Assembly: GCF_009914755.1 (NCBI RefSeq)
Contig: NC_060928.1
DNA length: 64,000 nt
Strand: one strand, 5' to 3'
From: the human T2T-CHM13v2.0 reference genome, Homo sapiens
Shown here: positions 28,716-41,244 of the stretch, in pieces
How the letters are laid out: each line of letters starts with the position of its first letter
Position numbering within the stretch: position 1 is the first letter of the stretch
Notes under the pieces: generated by a model
The model's database searches: none
Told to the model about the DNA's origin: nothing
Seen by the model: the letters and a program-made list of their open reading frames with translations, nothing else
Translations under genes and position numbers: made by a program

Positions 28716-29604
28716 CTACTTTAGCCTGAGTGTATTAGTCTGTTTTCATACGGCTATAAATAAGTGCCCAAGACTGGGTAATTCATAAAGGAAAGAGGTT
28801 TAATTGACTCACAGTTCAGCATGGCTGGGGAGGCCTCAGGAAACTTACAATCACGGCAGAAGGTGAAGGGGAAGCACAGCACCTTCTTTACAAGATGGCA
28901 GGAAGAAGAAGTGCTGAGCGAATGGGGAAGAGCTCCTTATAAAGCCATCAGATCTTGTGAGAACTCACTCACGATCACAAGAATAGCATGGGAGAGACTG
29001 CCCCCATAATTCAATTACCTCCACTTGGTCTCTCCCTTGACACTTGGGGATTATGGGGATTACCATTCAAGATAAGATTTTGTGGGGGGACACAAAGCCT
29101 AACCATATCACTGAGTTTCCCAGAAAGCAGATAAAACCTTGCAGGCAAATAGTTTATTCGTGCTGTGATCCCAGGAAGCAGGGTTGAGGGAAAGAGAAAG
29201 GGAAATAGGAAAAGAGAGAAAACCAATACAAAAATAAGTCAGCCACAATTTTGGGCAATTGGTCCTGGATCCTGGAATAGCTTTTGAGGACCCTTTGAAA
29301 TGCATCTCAGAACTATGTGCCTGGGGAAGAACAGAAGAAGCATTTATCCATCACTGCTTGATCTCCCATTGGTGATTGCATGGGCAATAATTGCTCTTCA
29401 CTTTCAAATTATACATGCATGAGTGCTGAGTGGCTCATGAGAAGCACACAGAGAAGCTCCAACGTGGGCTGATAAGAGGTCTTGTCAGGTTGCAACTGTT
29501 CAAAAGTTGTAGAAGTGTATGTGGAATTAGTCACCTTCAAAGTGGCTGGAAGAAGAGAGACTTGGAGAGAGAAGTGGGCTAAAGTGGTGTAAGACAGGTT
29601 CAAT
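28716..29604 (-). mobile_element. LTR33-like ERVL LTR interrupted by THE1D
   Basis: gtttcccagaaagcaga...aatagtttattcg...gtgatcccaggaagca resembles the LTR33 end as recalled. Confidence 0.5.
28731..29110 (-). mobile_element. THE1D-like solo LTR
   Basis: tgtattagtctgttttcat...aaccatatca; exact TSD ctgag (28726-28730, 29111-29115). Confidence 0.92.
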
Positions 29605-29964
29605 ATATCTGAATTTTGGGATTCCTAGATATCTGAATTCAGATTCAGACATCTGAGTTTTGGGATTCTAGGCCATCTTTTTTATTAATATGTCATATTC
29701 TTTCTCAGTGATTATATCTGTTTTTATGGTTGACATTATCTATAACCTTGTAATTCCAAAATTTATATCATTAGCTCAGATCACATTTATGAATTCCATA
29801 TATTCTTGTATTCTGTTCTCTGCATGACATCAATGTTAGAGTATTTCAAGGAATATACAGTTCTAGATGTATAAACCTAACTCTTGATCCTTCCCTATAA
29901 ATCTCTTTCTTCCCTAGTCTTTAGCCACTTAGTAAATAGTGCTCCCAATGACCTTAAGTAAATA

Positions 29965-30452
29965 CATTACTTATCTATTATTATGTAACAAATTACTGCA
30001 AAACATAGTAGCTCATATTACCAATTTATTATCTTGCAGTTTCTGTGGATAAGGAGTTCAGAAGCAGCTTAGTTCAGTGGTTCTGGTTCAGGATTTCTCA
30101 TGAGATTATGGTCAAAATGTTACCTGAAGGCTTGACTAGAGCTGGAAGATTTTCTTGTCAGCTGGCCCACTCATATGGATTTCTGCAAGAGGCCTCAGTC
30201 ACTGGGTGGCTGTTGGCAGGAGTCCTCAGTGATCTTCCACCACGGGTGTCTTCATGGGGCTGCTACTCCATAGCAAGAGATCCAAGAGGAAGGGACAAGG
30301 CAGAAGCTACAATGTCTTTTATGACCTTGCCTTGGAAATTACGTGCTGTTATATCTGCCATATTCTGTTGAACACACAGAACAACTCTGTTACAATGAGG
30401 GAGAGGTTTGGAAGTGGAGATAATTGGGAGCATTATAGAGGCTGCCTACCAT
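29965..30452 (-). mobile_element. MLT1-family solo LTR (MLT1F/G-like)
   Basis: tatctattattatgtaacaaattac...gcagcttagttcagtggttctggttcagg...gaaggcttgactagagctgg...gaggctgcctacca. Confidence 0.7.
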
Positions 30453-32262
30453 TGCAAGAAACCTGAGAATAATTTTCTAAGATTCGTTGTCTCATCAAGT
30501 CCTGTTGATTTGCTTCCAAAATACATCTCAAATCTATCTACCTCTCTCTATCTTTACTGCCAAGTCTCCCATCAAATGGACCATAATATCTTGCTTGGAT
30601 TTTAGTCTTCTGAGTTTCCTTGTATCTAGTCTTCCTTCCCTCTATTCCATTCTTCAGAAAGTAGCTAGAGTGATTTTTCGAAAACATCACATTGTCAGTC
30701 TTAAGAGTCTCAAATCACACCACATCACACTTACAATAAAATTCAAACCTCTTAGTAAGGCCTTTGGGGTCCCTGTGGTTCTGACCCCAGCCCATCACTT
30801 TGACCTTATCTGTCACTGCTCTGTCCTAACTCCTTATGATGCAGATCTCTAGCTCCCTCCACCTTGCACCCCGTCCCCACCCCTGCAATACACATATTGT
30901 GTTGTTTTTTTTTTTTTTTTAACCAGCCACCATCACACAAATTCTCTTTCTTTGACAAATCTTCAAGTATCAGATTAAACTTTAGGGAACCTTTTTTAGC
31001 TCCCCAATCTAAATTATGTCCCATCTTGTTTTTCTCTAGACTTATACACTGTTTATAACACCTATTGATATTCATTATTAGAAATGTTGCTATGTGTTTT
31101 TGTTTTTGTTTTTGTTTTTTGATTATCAGTGTCAGTGGGAAGGGACCATATATATTTTGCTTACACATTTCCACCCACTGAGATGCACAATACCTAGAAC
31201 AGCATAGTTATTAATGAAACAGTGTTGAATAAGTGAATGCCATATCAAAGAAATTCTCTGTTGTCATAGTTTAAACAAAATATGGTCCTGTTTCTTTGTG
31301 TCAAAGTTTCCCACAAGTTATAAATGGTTGTTTATCAAAGAATGAAGAAGAATTCTACTAAAAAAAACTAAAATATAGGTCACTGTCCACATTGCTATAA
31401 ACTTAATGAAACACGATACAAGCAACCAGAAAGATAACAAACACAGAGAGAAACAAACAAAAAGTTATTTCAAATGAGGCCAATAGAGCACACGAAGTAT
31501 GTTGTTAGAAGAGAAAATGCCAACATAGAGTTGCAATATAGTTCAGGAGTTCAAGTCAAACTAAAAAATAAATGACTTTACATGAAATGTTTTGGTTTCT
31601 AGATCATTAATTTACAGATGGCGACAAAAACGTAAAGATAAAGCTAACATCTTTGAAAAGTTCATTGTTCATATACAGTACCCTGAATATGATTAATCAA
31701 ATGCCATCTCTTTATACAAAACAATCCTTTTATCATTCCTAATGGTATCAAGCTGAAGTTTATTATATACAGAAAACTGAAGTGTTCACACATGATCTTC
31801 ACATGATAGGCCATTACTTCAGTTAAGAGAATTTTAAACTTTTATCAAATTACAGCCTTTTGAAATTATTTCCCATCCTCTGGCATCATTATTTGCCTTT
31901 CACCCACAAGCGCTCATGTTCAGCATCTTACAATTTTGGCTCCTTTTTCAGGAAAACCAAAAAAGTGATTTTTTTCTTTAAAACCCAGTTGTTACTTGTA
32001 CAATATCCATTGTGTGAAAACCAATGGCATTGAAATAATATCCCCTCTCTCCCTTTGTCTTCTTTTTCTTCTTTTCTCTTCTTTTTTTCCCTTTTAACCA
32101 TCCACACATCAACCTGGAGTATTATAATAAATTTAGTTATCATTTTTCAAATTCACCCCATACTAATTGTTACTTACATAAACATTTAACAAACCTAGTT
32201 GATGAAAGGAGGAAATGAATGGTTTTAAAACTGTGAAGGGCCAGTTACAACCATTTCATTCA

Positions 32263-32310
<48 letters not shown>
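32263..32310. repeat. Compound microsatellite (TG)6(TA)18
   Basis: Directly visible. Confidence 0.95.
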
Positions 32311-32312
<2 letters not shown>

Positions 32313-34427
32313 CAAAAGAGATTTCTCCATCAATTGCTGAAGTGAGAACTAAAGCCTCTTTGAGGATATGAACTTGCAATGTTTCCTGTATGAGTCCTCT
32401 TAGCTTAAAGAAGCAAACTTTAAAAACTTACCTTTCCATGGTCAGTTGAGACTTAACTCCTTGGAATGAACATATAATTTCTTAGAAGGTGATGAAAGAA
32501 ACAGTAAAAAGAAAATGAATTTCAGCACTTGGTCATATAAAACATCTCTGGAAGCTCTCACTACATCTGCAAAGTTGATCTGGCCTAATGAGCAAGTAAA
32601 TGTTTCCTTAAGTAAAGGGAAATATTTTTAAAAATCCTATATGCCATTTAAATTGAGTTACAGATACCTTATAGAAACTGATTGGTGCTCCAAAACAATT
32701 GTTTCATGCACTTCAAAATTATTGATAGAATGCAACCTTAAAATATGAAAGGGGAATTGTTGATAGAATACACATGTTACTATGGTGATATTTTTGGAGC
32801 ATACTATTTGCCAGAAACATGGTGTAATTCTGGCTAATTTCAGCTCATATTAAATGCTGTTGTGACATAACAGAAATGTCTCTAGGTCACATCAGTGTGA
32901 TTTGCACTGGGAAATTAGATTAGTCTTCATTGGAAACATCAGTTACAAGGCATGACCACATAGTGTCATAAATCTTCCTGATTTAAGAAATGGAAAATGT
33001 GCTCTCGCAATGTACTCGTTTATTAATAAGGGTTCTGCGTTCTCAGGATACCAGTTTGTAATTAGGAAACAACTCATAGCTTCACCCTTTTAACTACTCT
33101 AACATGTTCCTATCGGAGTTCTAATTGTTAGCTGATGAGATGTGGTGGCCTCACAGAAAACAAGCAGGGATGATTTCTGGACATAGCTCTCCTGGAAAAA
33201 GTGTGCACAAGAGGGGGAAATTTCAGTGTAAAACCCTGGCCAACTCCTCAGATTCCCTCCTCAGCAACTTCTATTTCATATGTCACCTTCAGTTAAATTC
33301 TGTAATATCTTACTTAATTTGATGTCTTTGTGTGGATTTGCAAAAAGCATTTGGGAGATGAGTTCATTGTGTCTGTACCATGGAGTGAGGAAAGCAATGC
33401 TCCCACTGTTAACTATGTGACACTTGATGTCTGTGGGTACTTAGGAGCTAACCCAATTGCATATTTTCCTTATGTCAATAGTATGGGTGTTCAGAACATC
33501 CAGGTGTTAGAAAAATGGTGGGGCAAATGTTTATTTGATTAGTATTTTGTAGTCAGTTTCTGAATATATGCTTTTTACTAATAGGTTGTCCCTAGCTTTT
33601 CTTAAATATGGACTGATCCAGTATGCCCAACCCTCTTCAGAAAGAACACATAGAAAATGATAATTTTGTACAGTGCATTAGAGTAGGCGGAAGAAGTTTC
33701 ATGAGGCTGAAGGTGATCTACTGAAGTCTCCATGCCCAACCTGCTGCTGGGAGGACCGTATCTTGGAACACCTATAACCCATGACAACTGAGTGTGCCAT
33801 GGCTGAAAAGGCGAAAGGTCTGGCTAATTTCTACTTCTATCTTTCCTGCAGGGGCCTGCAGTTATTTCCTCTGAACCTAATCTAAATAACCCACACCACT
33901 TTAAATTGAACAGTACAGAACTTCATCCAATGTTGTGATAGTTGATGTCATGAATTTGTTTATTTACCTTTTATGCTTACAAAGTACAGCTCTAGGTTAA
34001 ACTTTTTAGTATGATGTTTCTTTCCTTAAATAACACCATAAGAACCAACCAAATAACAGCAGAAATATATCTTTTAATTCAGTTTATTATCAACTGAATT
34101 AAACAACTGAATTTTTGATTAGGTCACACTCCTATAATAATTTCCCAAGAGCCAATAAGCATGAGATATATTCTTAAGCATCTAAATTTGGGAAACATTG
34201 AATTTTTTATAAAAGTAAGGTAAACCATCAATAAATATTTGACTCCCCAAATATAATTTTAATGTGCAAATATCTGACCTTACTTTTCTGAGTATAATAA
34301 AACCTATTTGTGTCCATAATTATTTGATTATCTCTTTATTCAGCAGTTTAGTAGGCCTTATATTTTCAAAGATGAAGGTACTCTATTAGATTTTATCTTC
34401 TATAATATGTGCATAGCATAGTGTCTT

Positions 34428-34521
34428 TCTCTCTCTCTCACACACACACACACACTTTGAGAATGTGTTCAGTTTCTGAATGTATATGTATATACACTAC
34501 ACACACACACACACACACACA
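34428..34521. repeat. (TC)n/(CA)n microsatellites
   Basis: Directly visible. Confidence 0.9.
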
Positions 34522-34992
34522 TCTTTAATGAAAAAATATCCTCTAAAAGTAAAATATTCTCTAGAGAAAAAATATTCTCTAAAATTTGTGGAAACAAGGG
34601 CTCTAACTATAGGTTTCACAGAGGTTGGAATTTATAACTTGTACTTTATTTTATTTAAAATATTCTTTCCATCCTTTAGCGTTTGTCTGCACAGATACAA
34701 ATGGGATTTAGTACTTATTTTATTTAAAATCTTCAATCCCATGGCTTTTATCTCCTAAATAATGTTGACTCCAATCCATAAAAATGGTTTTACACAAAAG
34801 TAAAAAAAAAAAGTCCCTGTTTTTCCGTTTTATAGACAGTTTTCTTTTTCTTTTACTCCAAAGTATTTTTTATCTATAACTGCCTAAACTAGGTAGTCAA
34901 GAACTCATTGCAATGTCACAGGACTAGGAAATTACAATTAGGGAATGTTACAGCTGGAAAAACTCTTAGACAATAACTTATTTAACCCCACA

Positions 34993-35285
34993 CAGTGGCT
35001 CTCCATATCTGCAGGTTCCAAATTCACAGATTCTGCATCTGCAATTGAACCAATCACAGATCAAAAATATTAAGGAAAAAAACAAAAATAAAAATAATAC
35101 AAATTTAAAATACAATATAACAACTATTTACATAGTGTTCACATTATATTAAGTATCACAAGTAATTTGGAGATGATTTAAAGTATATGGGAGGATGTGC
35201 CTAGGTTATATGCAAATGTTATTTTATGTAAGAAACTTGAGCATCTGTGGATTTTGGTATGGGCCAGGATACAAAGAGGTGATTG
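34993..35285. mobile_element. MER2-like non-autonomous TcMar-Tigger element
   Basis: cagtggctctccatatctgcaggttcc...aacaactatttacatag...gagatgatttaaagtatatgggaggatgtg...gatacaaagaggtgattg followed by TA. Confidence 0.8.
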
Positions 35286-35380
35286 TAATTTTAAAAGAAG
35301 TCTTAGGGATTAACTTGTTTAACCTCATCATTTTAAAAAGGAAACTAACATGGAAACATTCAGTGATTTTCCTTATCATC

Positions 35381-37639
35381 TGTATTAGTCTGTTTTCATG
35401 CTGCTGATAAAGACATACCCAAGGCTGGGAAGAAAAGGAGGTTTAATTGGACTTACAGTTCCACACAGCTGGGGAGGCCTCAGAATCATGGCCGGAAGCG
35501 AAAGGCACTTCTTACATGGCAGGAGCAAGCAAGAGAAACTGAGGAGAAAGCAAAAGCAGAAACCCCTGATAAACCTGTCACATCTTGTGGGACTTATTCA
35601 CTATCACAAGACTAGCACAGGAAAGATCAGCCCCCATGATTCAATTACTTCCCCTGGGTCCCTCCCACAACACGTGGGAATTCTGGGAGATACAATTCAA
35701 GTTGAGATTTGGGTGGGGGCACAGCCAAACCAAATCATTCCGCCCCTGGCCCCTCCAAATCTCATTTTCTCACATTTAAAAACCAATAATGCCTTCCCAA
35801 CAGTCCCCCAAAGTCTTAACTCATTTCAGCATTAACCCAAAAGTCCACAGTCCAAAGTCTCATCTGAGACAAGGCAAGTCTCTTCCTCCTATGAGCCTGT
35901 AAAATCAAAAACAAGCTAGTTACTTCCTAGATACAAATGGGGGTACAGGTATTGGGTAAATACAGCCATTCCAAATGGGAGAAATTGGCCAAAACAAAGG
36001 GGTTACAGGGCCCATGCAAATCCAAAATCCAGCAGTGTAGTCAAATTTTTTAAAGCTCCAAGATGATCTCCTTTGACTCCGGGTCTCACATCCAGGTCTT
36101 GCTGATGCAAGGGGCGAGTTCCCATGGTCTTGGGCAGTTCTGCTCCTGTGGCTTTGCAGGGTACATCCTCCCTCCTGGCTGCTTTCACAAGCTGGTGTTG
36201 AGGGTCTGCAGCTTTTCCAGGCACATGGTGAAGCTGTTGGCGGATCTACTACTCTGAGTTCTGGAGGACGGTGGCCCTCTTCTCACAGCTCCACTAGGCT
36301 GTGCCCCAATAGAGACTCTGTGTGGGGCTCCAATCCCACATTTCCCTTTCACACTGCCCTAGCAGAGGTCCTCCATGAGGGCCTCGCCCCTGCAGCAAAC
36401 TTTTGCCTATGCATCCAAGCACTTTCATACATCTTCTGAAATCTAGGCAGAGGTTCCCAAACCTCAGTTCTTGACTTCTATGCACATGCAGGCTCAACTG
36501 CCAAGGCTTGGGGCTTCCACCCTCTGAAGCCACAGCCTAAGCTGTACGTTGGCCCCTTTCAGCCACGCAGGCACCAAGTCCCAAAGCTGCACAGAGCACA
36601 GGGACCCTGGGCCTGGCCCATGAAACCATTTTTACCTCCTGGGCTTCTAGGCCTGTGATGGAAGGGGCTGCCGTGAAGGTCTTTGATGTGGCCTGGAGAC
36701 ATTTTCCCCATGGTCTTGGGGATTAACATTAGGCGCCTTGCTACTTATGCAAATTTCTGCAGCTGGCTTGAATCTCCCCCCAAAAATGGGTTTTCCTTTT
36801 CTATCGTGTAGTCAGGCTGCAAATTTTCCAATCTTTTATGCTCTGCTTCCCTTATAAAACTGAATGCCTTTAACAGTACCCAAGTCACCTCTTGAATGCT
36901 TTGCTGTTGAGAAATTTCTTGTGCCAGATACCCTAAATCATCTTTCTCAAGTTCAAGGTTCCACAAATCTCTAGGTCAGGGGCAAAATGCCTCCAGTCTC
37001 TTTGCTAAAACATAACAAGAGTCACCTTTGCCCCAATTCTCAACAAGTTCCTCATCTTTATCTTAGACCACCTCAGCGTGGACCTTACTATCCATATTGC
37101 TATCAGGCTTTTGGTCAAAGTCATTCAACAAGCTTCTAGGAAGTTCCAAACTTTCCCACATTTTCCTGTCTTCTTCTGAGCCCTCAAAACTGTTCCAGCC
37201 TCTGCCTATTACCCAGCCCCAAAGTCGCTTTCCCATTTTTGGGTATATTTTCAGCAATGCTCCACCCTTCTGGTACCAATTGACTGTATTAGTCCATTTT
37301 CATGCTGCTGATAAAGACATACCTGAGACTGGGAAGAAAAAGAGGTTTAATTGGACTTAAGAGTTCCACATGGCTGGGGAGGCTTCAGAATCATGGCCTG
37401 AGAAAAAAGACACTTCTTATGTGGCAGCAGCAGAAGAAAATGAGGAGGAAGCAAAAGCAGAAATCCCTGATAAACCCATCAGATTTTGTGAGACTTATTC
37501 ACTATCATAAGAATAGCACGGGAAAGACCAGCCTCCATGATTCAATTACCTCCCCCTGGGTCCCTCCCACAACACATGGGAGTTCTGGGAGATATAATTC
37601 ACGTTGAGATTTGGGTGGGGACACAGCCAAACCATATCA
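35381..37639 (-). mobile_element. Complete THE1A provirus (LTR 35381-35737, internal 35738-37284, LTR 37285-37639), inserted in a MIR
   Basis: LTRs with gggaagaaaaagaggtttaattggactta (THE1A-type); TSD tcatc/tcacc; MIR halves on the flanks. Confidence 0.93.
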
Positions 37640-39103
37640 TCACCTAATTAGTGGCAGAACTAGAATAGGAACTTACATGTTACTCTGCCTTCCAACTTGG
37701 GACTTTTGCTAGTGTACCAGCTATTTCTCATCAATTGAAAGAGAAAGAATTGAATGAGATGAAAAATCTCAAGAATATTATAATTTAGTCTTTCATTTAT
37801 GTATCTTTTTCTAAATAATTCTCTGGCAAGAAAGATATAAGCAGTATTTATATATTCTCTCATCTGAGTAAATAAATATTTTGAAATATATACTTATGGC
37901 AAAAATGCACCAAAGAAGTCCAATATCAAGATATTGTTAGTTTGGCTTATGCATGAAGACTGGGCATAGAATCCATATCTTGAAAAAGCTGTGGAAGCTC
38001 TTAAGACCTTTTAAAAAATTCTCATGCAATTTAAACTATAGTCTAAATATTAAAAAAATTGTGTCCTCCCTTTGTATTTCTGGGTCAGTTAATTATTAGA
38101 TCCGCTCTCTTACACTTTTGTTGGATACATTTTTCATCTCCTAAAAGGGGGACCTTGAGAGATCTCCACAGTTATTCATTTACGCTGATATTTTAGGAGA
38201 CACCATGTCCTATAAATATCACTTTTCATATGCCACTCCTTTCCCCTCCAACATAATAAAAATGCTCTAGGTTGGCTTTCATGGCCCATCACAAATTGGC
38301 TTCACCTAATGCATTGAAACTTTTCTCCCACTTCTCCCAATATTGAACTTCCCCCTTCAGCTGGGCCAGTCCTTCATCATTCCCCACTGAAAGTTTGCTT
38401 ATTTCTGTCTCTTTGTCTTTATATTTGAGTTTCTGTTCGGTGGAAAAGCATACCTCCTCCTACATCTGTAGACAAATTCAAAACATTACTTGACCATGTA
38501 GCCTCCATGAAGCTTTTCCAGAAGAAGTTTAACAAAAAATGTGCCCCGCAACCCCATTAAAAATTCCAAATGCATTTATCCTACCAATGAAGTTAAAGCT
38601 ATTCTATTTTTTATTTTCTCAGCCAGAACTTTTTCCATTGCTTCCCCTTGCTTGCTGTACACAGTTAATTGATTGCCATAATGACAATGATAATTGGCAA
38701 CTATATATTAAATTAGATATTTACATTCATTTACATTACTCAAATGTTATTTTAATTGACTTATAATACCTTTTTGAGGTGTATAAGGATGTTATTATTG
38801 CATTTATGGATAAGAAAATTGAGTCAGAGTGGTTAAATTACTATTAAATAGAAAAGTTAGTATTTTATTTTGCCAAGTGTAACATTAAAAACAAACCTAC
38901 TTTCTACTATCTTCCATATTTACTAAATAAAATGACATTTTGCTGCCTAAGAAATAAGATATTTGAAATCATAGAAAATTTAGCTTTTGCAAAAACTCAC
39001 TACATTTCCTTAATTTGCCTCATTCTAGTGAAAACTTCATTGTAGACCATGGAAAAGTTTTAGGGCTTCTCTAGACTTATTATTCTCTGGCTTATCCATT
39101 TAA

Positions 39104-39435
<332 letters not shown>

Positions 39436-39986
39436 AGGCTTTTTATTTTTACTGAATTTTTTTACACACATTTATCCATGCATCCCTTCCCTCATCATCC
39501 ATGCAAAACAGATAGGATTTATAATAATAGAGTACTCAAGGAAATGTTGTTATGTGCTGTCATTGCTTTATAACAAGGGGTAAAGGAGCAGACGAAAAAT
39601 TCTCATGTCTGACTGTCATGATATGTAGCTTTTGGTTTAATTCCATTCATAGAAGTAGTCCAGTCATTGAATAATCAATTCATAGAATAGCAAATATAAG
39701 TACAGTTGAGTTGGAAGAATAGTCTGCCAAGAACAATTAATAAGTTATTGTTTATAAAATTCTGGACATGTAAAACATACCCAACCCACTGCTAACCTAG
39801 AGAAGCAGTGACCTCTTTGGGAACTCTGTTCCATGGCTCTGTGCAGTATGGGTGGGTGTTGGGTAGAGAAAACAGTGAGAAGGGGTTTGGACTCTGAGCC
39901 TTGTGGAAGCTGAGCAACTGACCCTGCCCTGCAGTCACACCCACGTTTAGCCCAGGGGCTGCTGCCCACATCTCCTCTTTGGAGGT

Positions 39987-40363
39987 TGTCTTAGTTCATT
40001 TTGTGCTACCGTAACAGAATACCACAGACTAGGTAATTTAAAGTGAACAGAAACTGATTGACTCACAGTTCTAGAGTTTGCGAAGTCCAAAATCAAGCAG
40101 CTGACATCTTACGAGAGCTTTCTTGTTGTATCATCCCTTGGCAAAAGGGAGAAGAGCATGAGAGGGTGAGAGAGAGAGAGAGCAAAAAGGGTGCTAATTC
40201 ATCCTTTTATAAGAAACCCAGTCAGAGATAATGGCATTAATCTATTCAAGAGGGCAGTGCCCTCATGGCCTAATCACCTCTCATTAGGCCCTACCTACCA
40301 AGACTGTTGCATCAGGGATTAACCTAACACATGTTTTTTAGGGGACAGGTTCAAACCATAATA
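39987..40363 (-). mobile_element. MST-family (MSTB/C/D-like) solo LTR
   Basis: tgtcttagttcattttgtgct...ttcaaaccataata; TSD gaggt/ggggt. Confidence 0.82.
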
Positions 40364-40940
40364 GGGGTGGTCCTCAAGAGAAATGCTGGAATTTACAACA
40401 CACCCAAAGGTGAATAGAATTACTTCATTTTGCCTTTGCTGAAAACTGTCTGCAGTTAACTCAGGCCCAAATTAAAGTATTTATAGAATACTTGACAAAC
40501 CCATAATTAGCAAATTAATTTTTGAGTTTTTTTTGGGAAATGATTTAGTATTTATTCTGTGCTTTTCTTTCGAAACTGCAGTTATTTCCAGCTTCCTAAA
40601 GCTATGAAAAATAGGCATATTCCAGTACCACACAAAAGAAACTAAGATAAGCAGATGAGATACTTAGGAATGTGAGCACTCCATTTACTTGAAACTTCAA
40701 GGCACAGAGCCATGTAGAACCAAACTTGCACTAGCCAGGGTTTACCCAAGGCTGTCATTGGCTCAATGTTTGCTAAGTCACGTAGGCCTGATGGTGTGGT
40801 AGAAACAGCACTGAACTGGAAATTGGAGGACCTGGATTCTAGAACTGGCTCTGTCCCTTTTCCGTTTTGTATCCTTGAGTAAAATGTTGAAAGATAAGAC
40901 TAGGTAATTTTTATTCTCCCTGCCTCTAAAATTCCTTAGA

Positions 40941-41244
40941 TTTTTTTTTTTTTTTTTGAGATGGAGCCTTGCCCTGTCGCCCAGGCTGGAGTGCAGTGGC
41001 ACGATCTCGGCTCACTGTGGCCTCTGCCTCCTGGCTTCAAGCAATTCTCCTGCCTCAGCCTCCCGAGTAGACTAGCTGGGATTACAGACGCACACCAGCA
41101 CACCTGGCTAATTTTTGTATTTTTAGTAGAGACGGGGTTTCACCATGTTGACCAGACTGGTCTTGAACTCCTGACCTCAGGTGATACAGCTGCCTCGGCC
41201 TCCCAAAGTGCTGAGATTACAGGAGTGAGCCACCGTGATCAGCC
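40941..41244 (-). mobile_element. AluSx-like, inserted in a MIR remnant (40790-40935)
   Basis: Full Alu; TSD aattccttagatttt on both sides. Confidence 0.95.

Larger units (their letters stand above)
28570..31240 (+). mobile_element. L2 fragment split by LTR33-like, THE1D and MLT1 LTRs
   Basis: ctggttttcctccacctct (28640), ccattcttcagaaagtagctagagtgatttt, ataaaattcaaacctcttag, 3' end gttgaataagtgaatg. Confidence 0.65.

Noticed and set aside
34530-34735. Short repeats (aaaatattctcta x3; gtacttattttatttaaaat x2) as a possible array
   Set aside because: Irregular, AT-rich, no repeat-spacer periodicity; not CRISPR-like, probably slippage.
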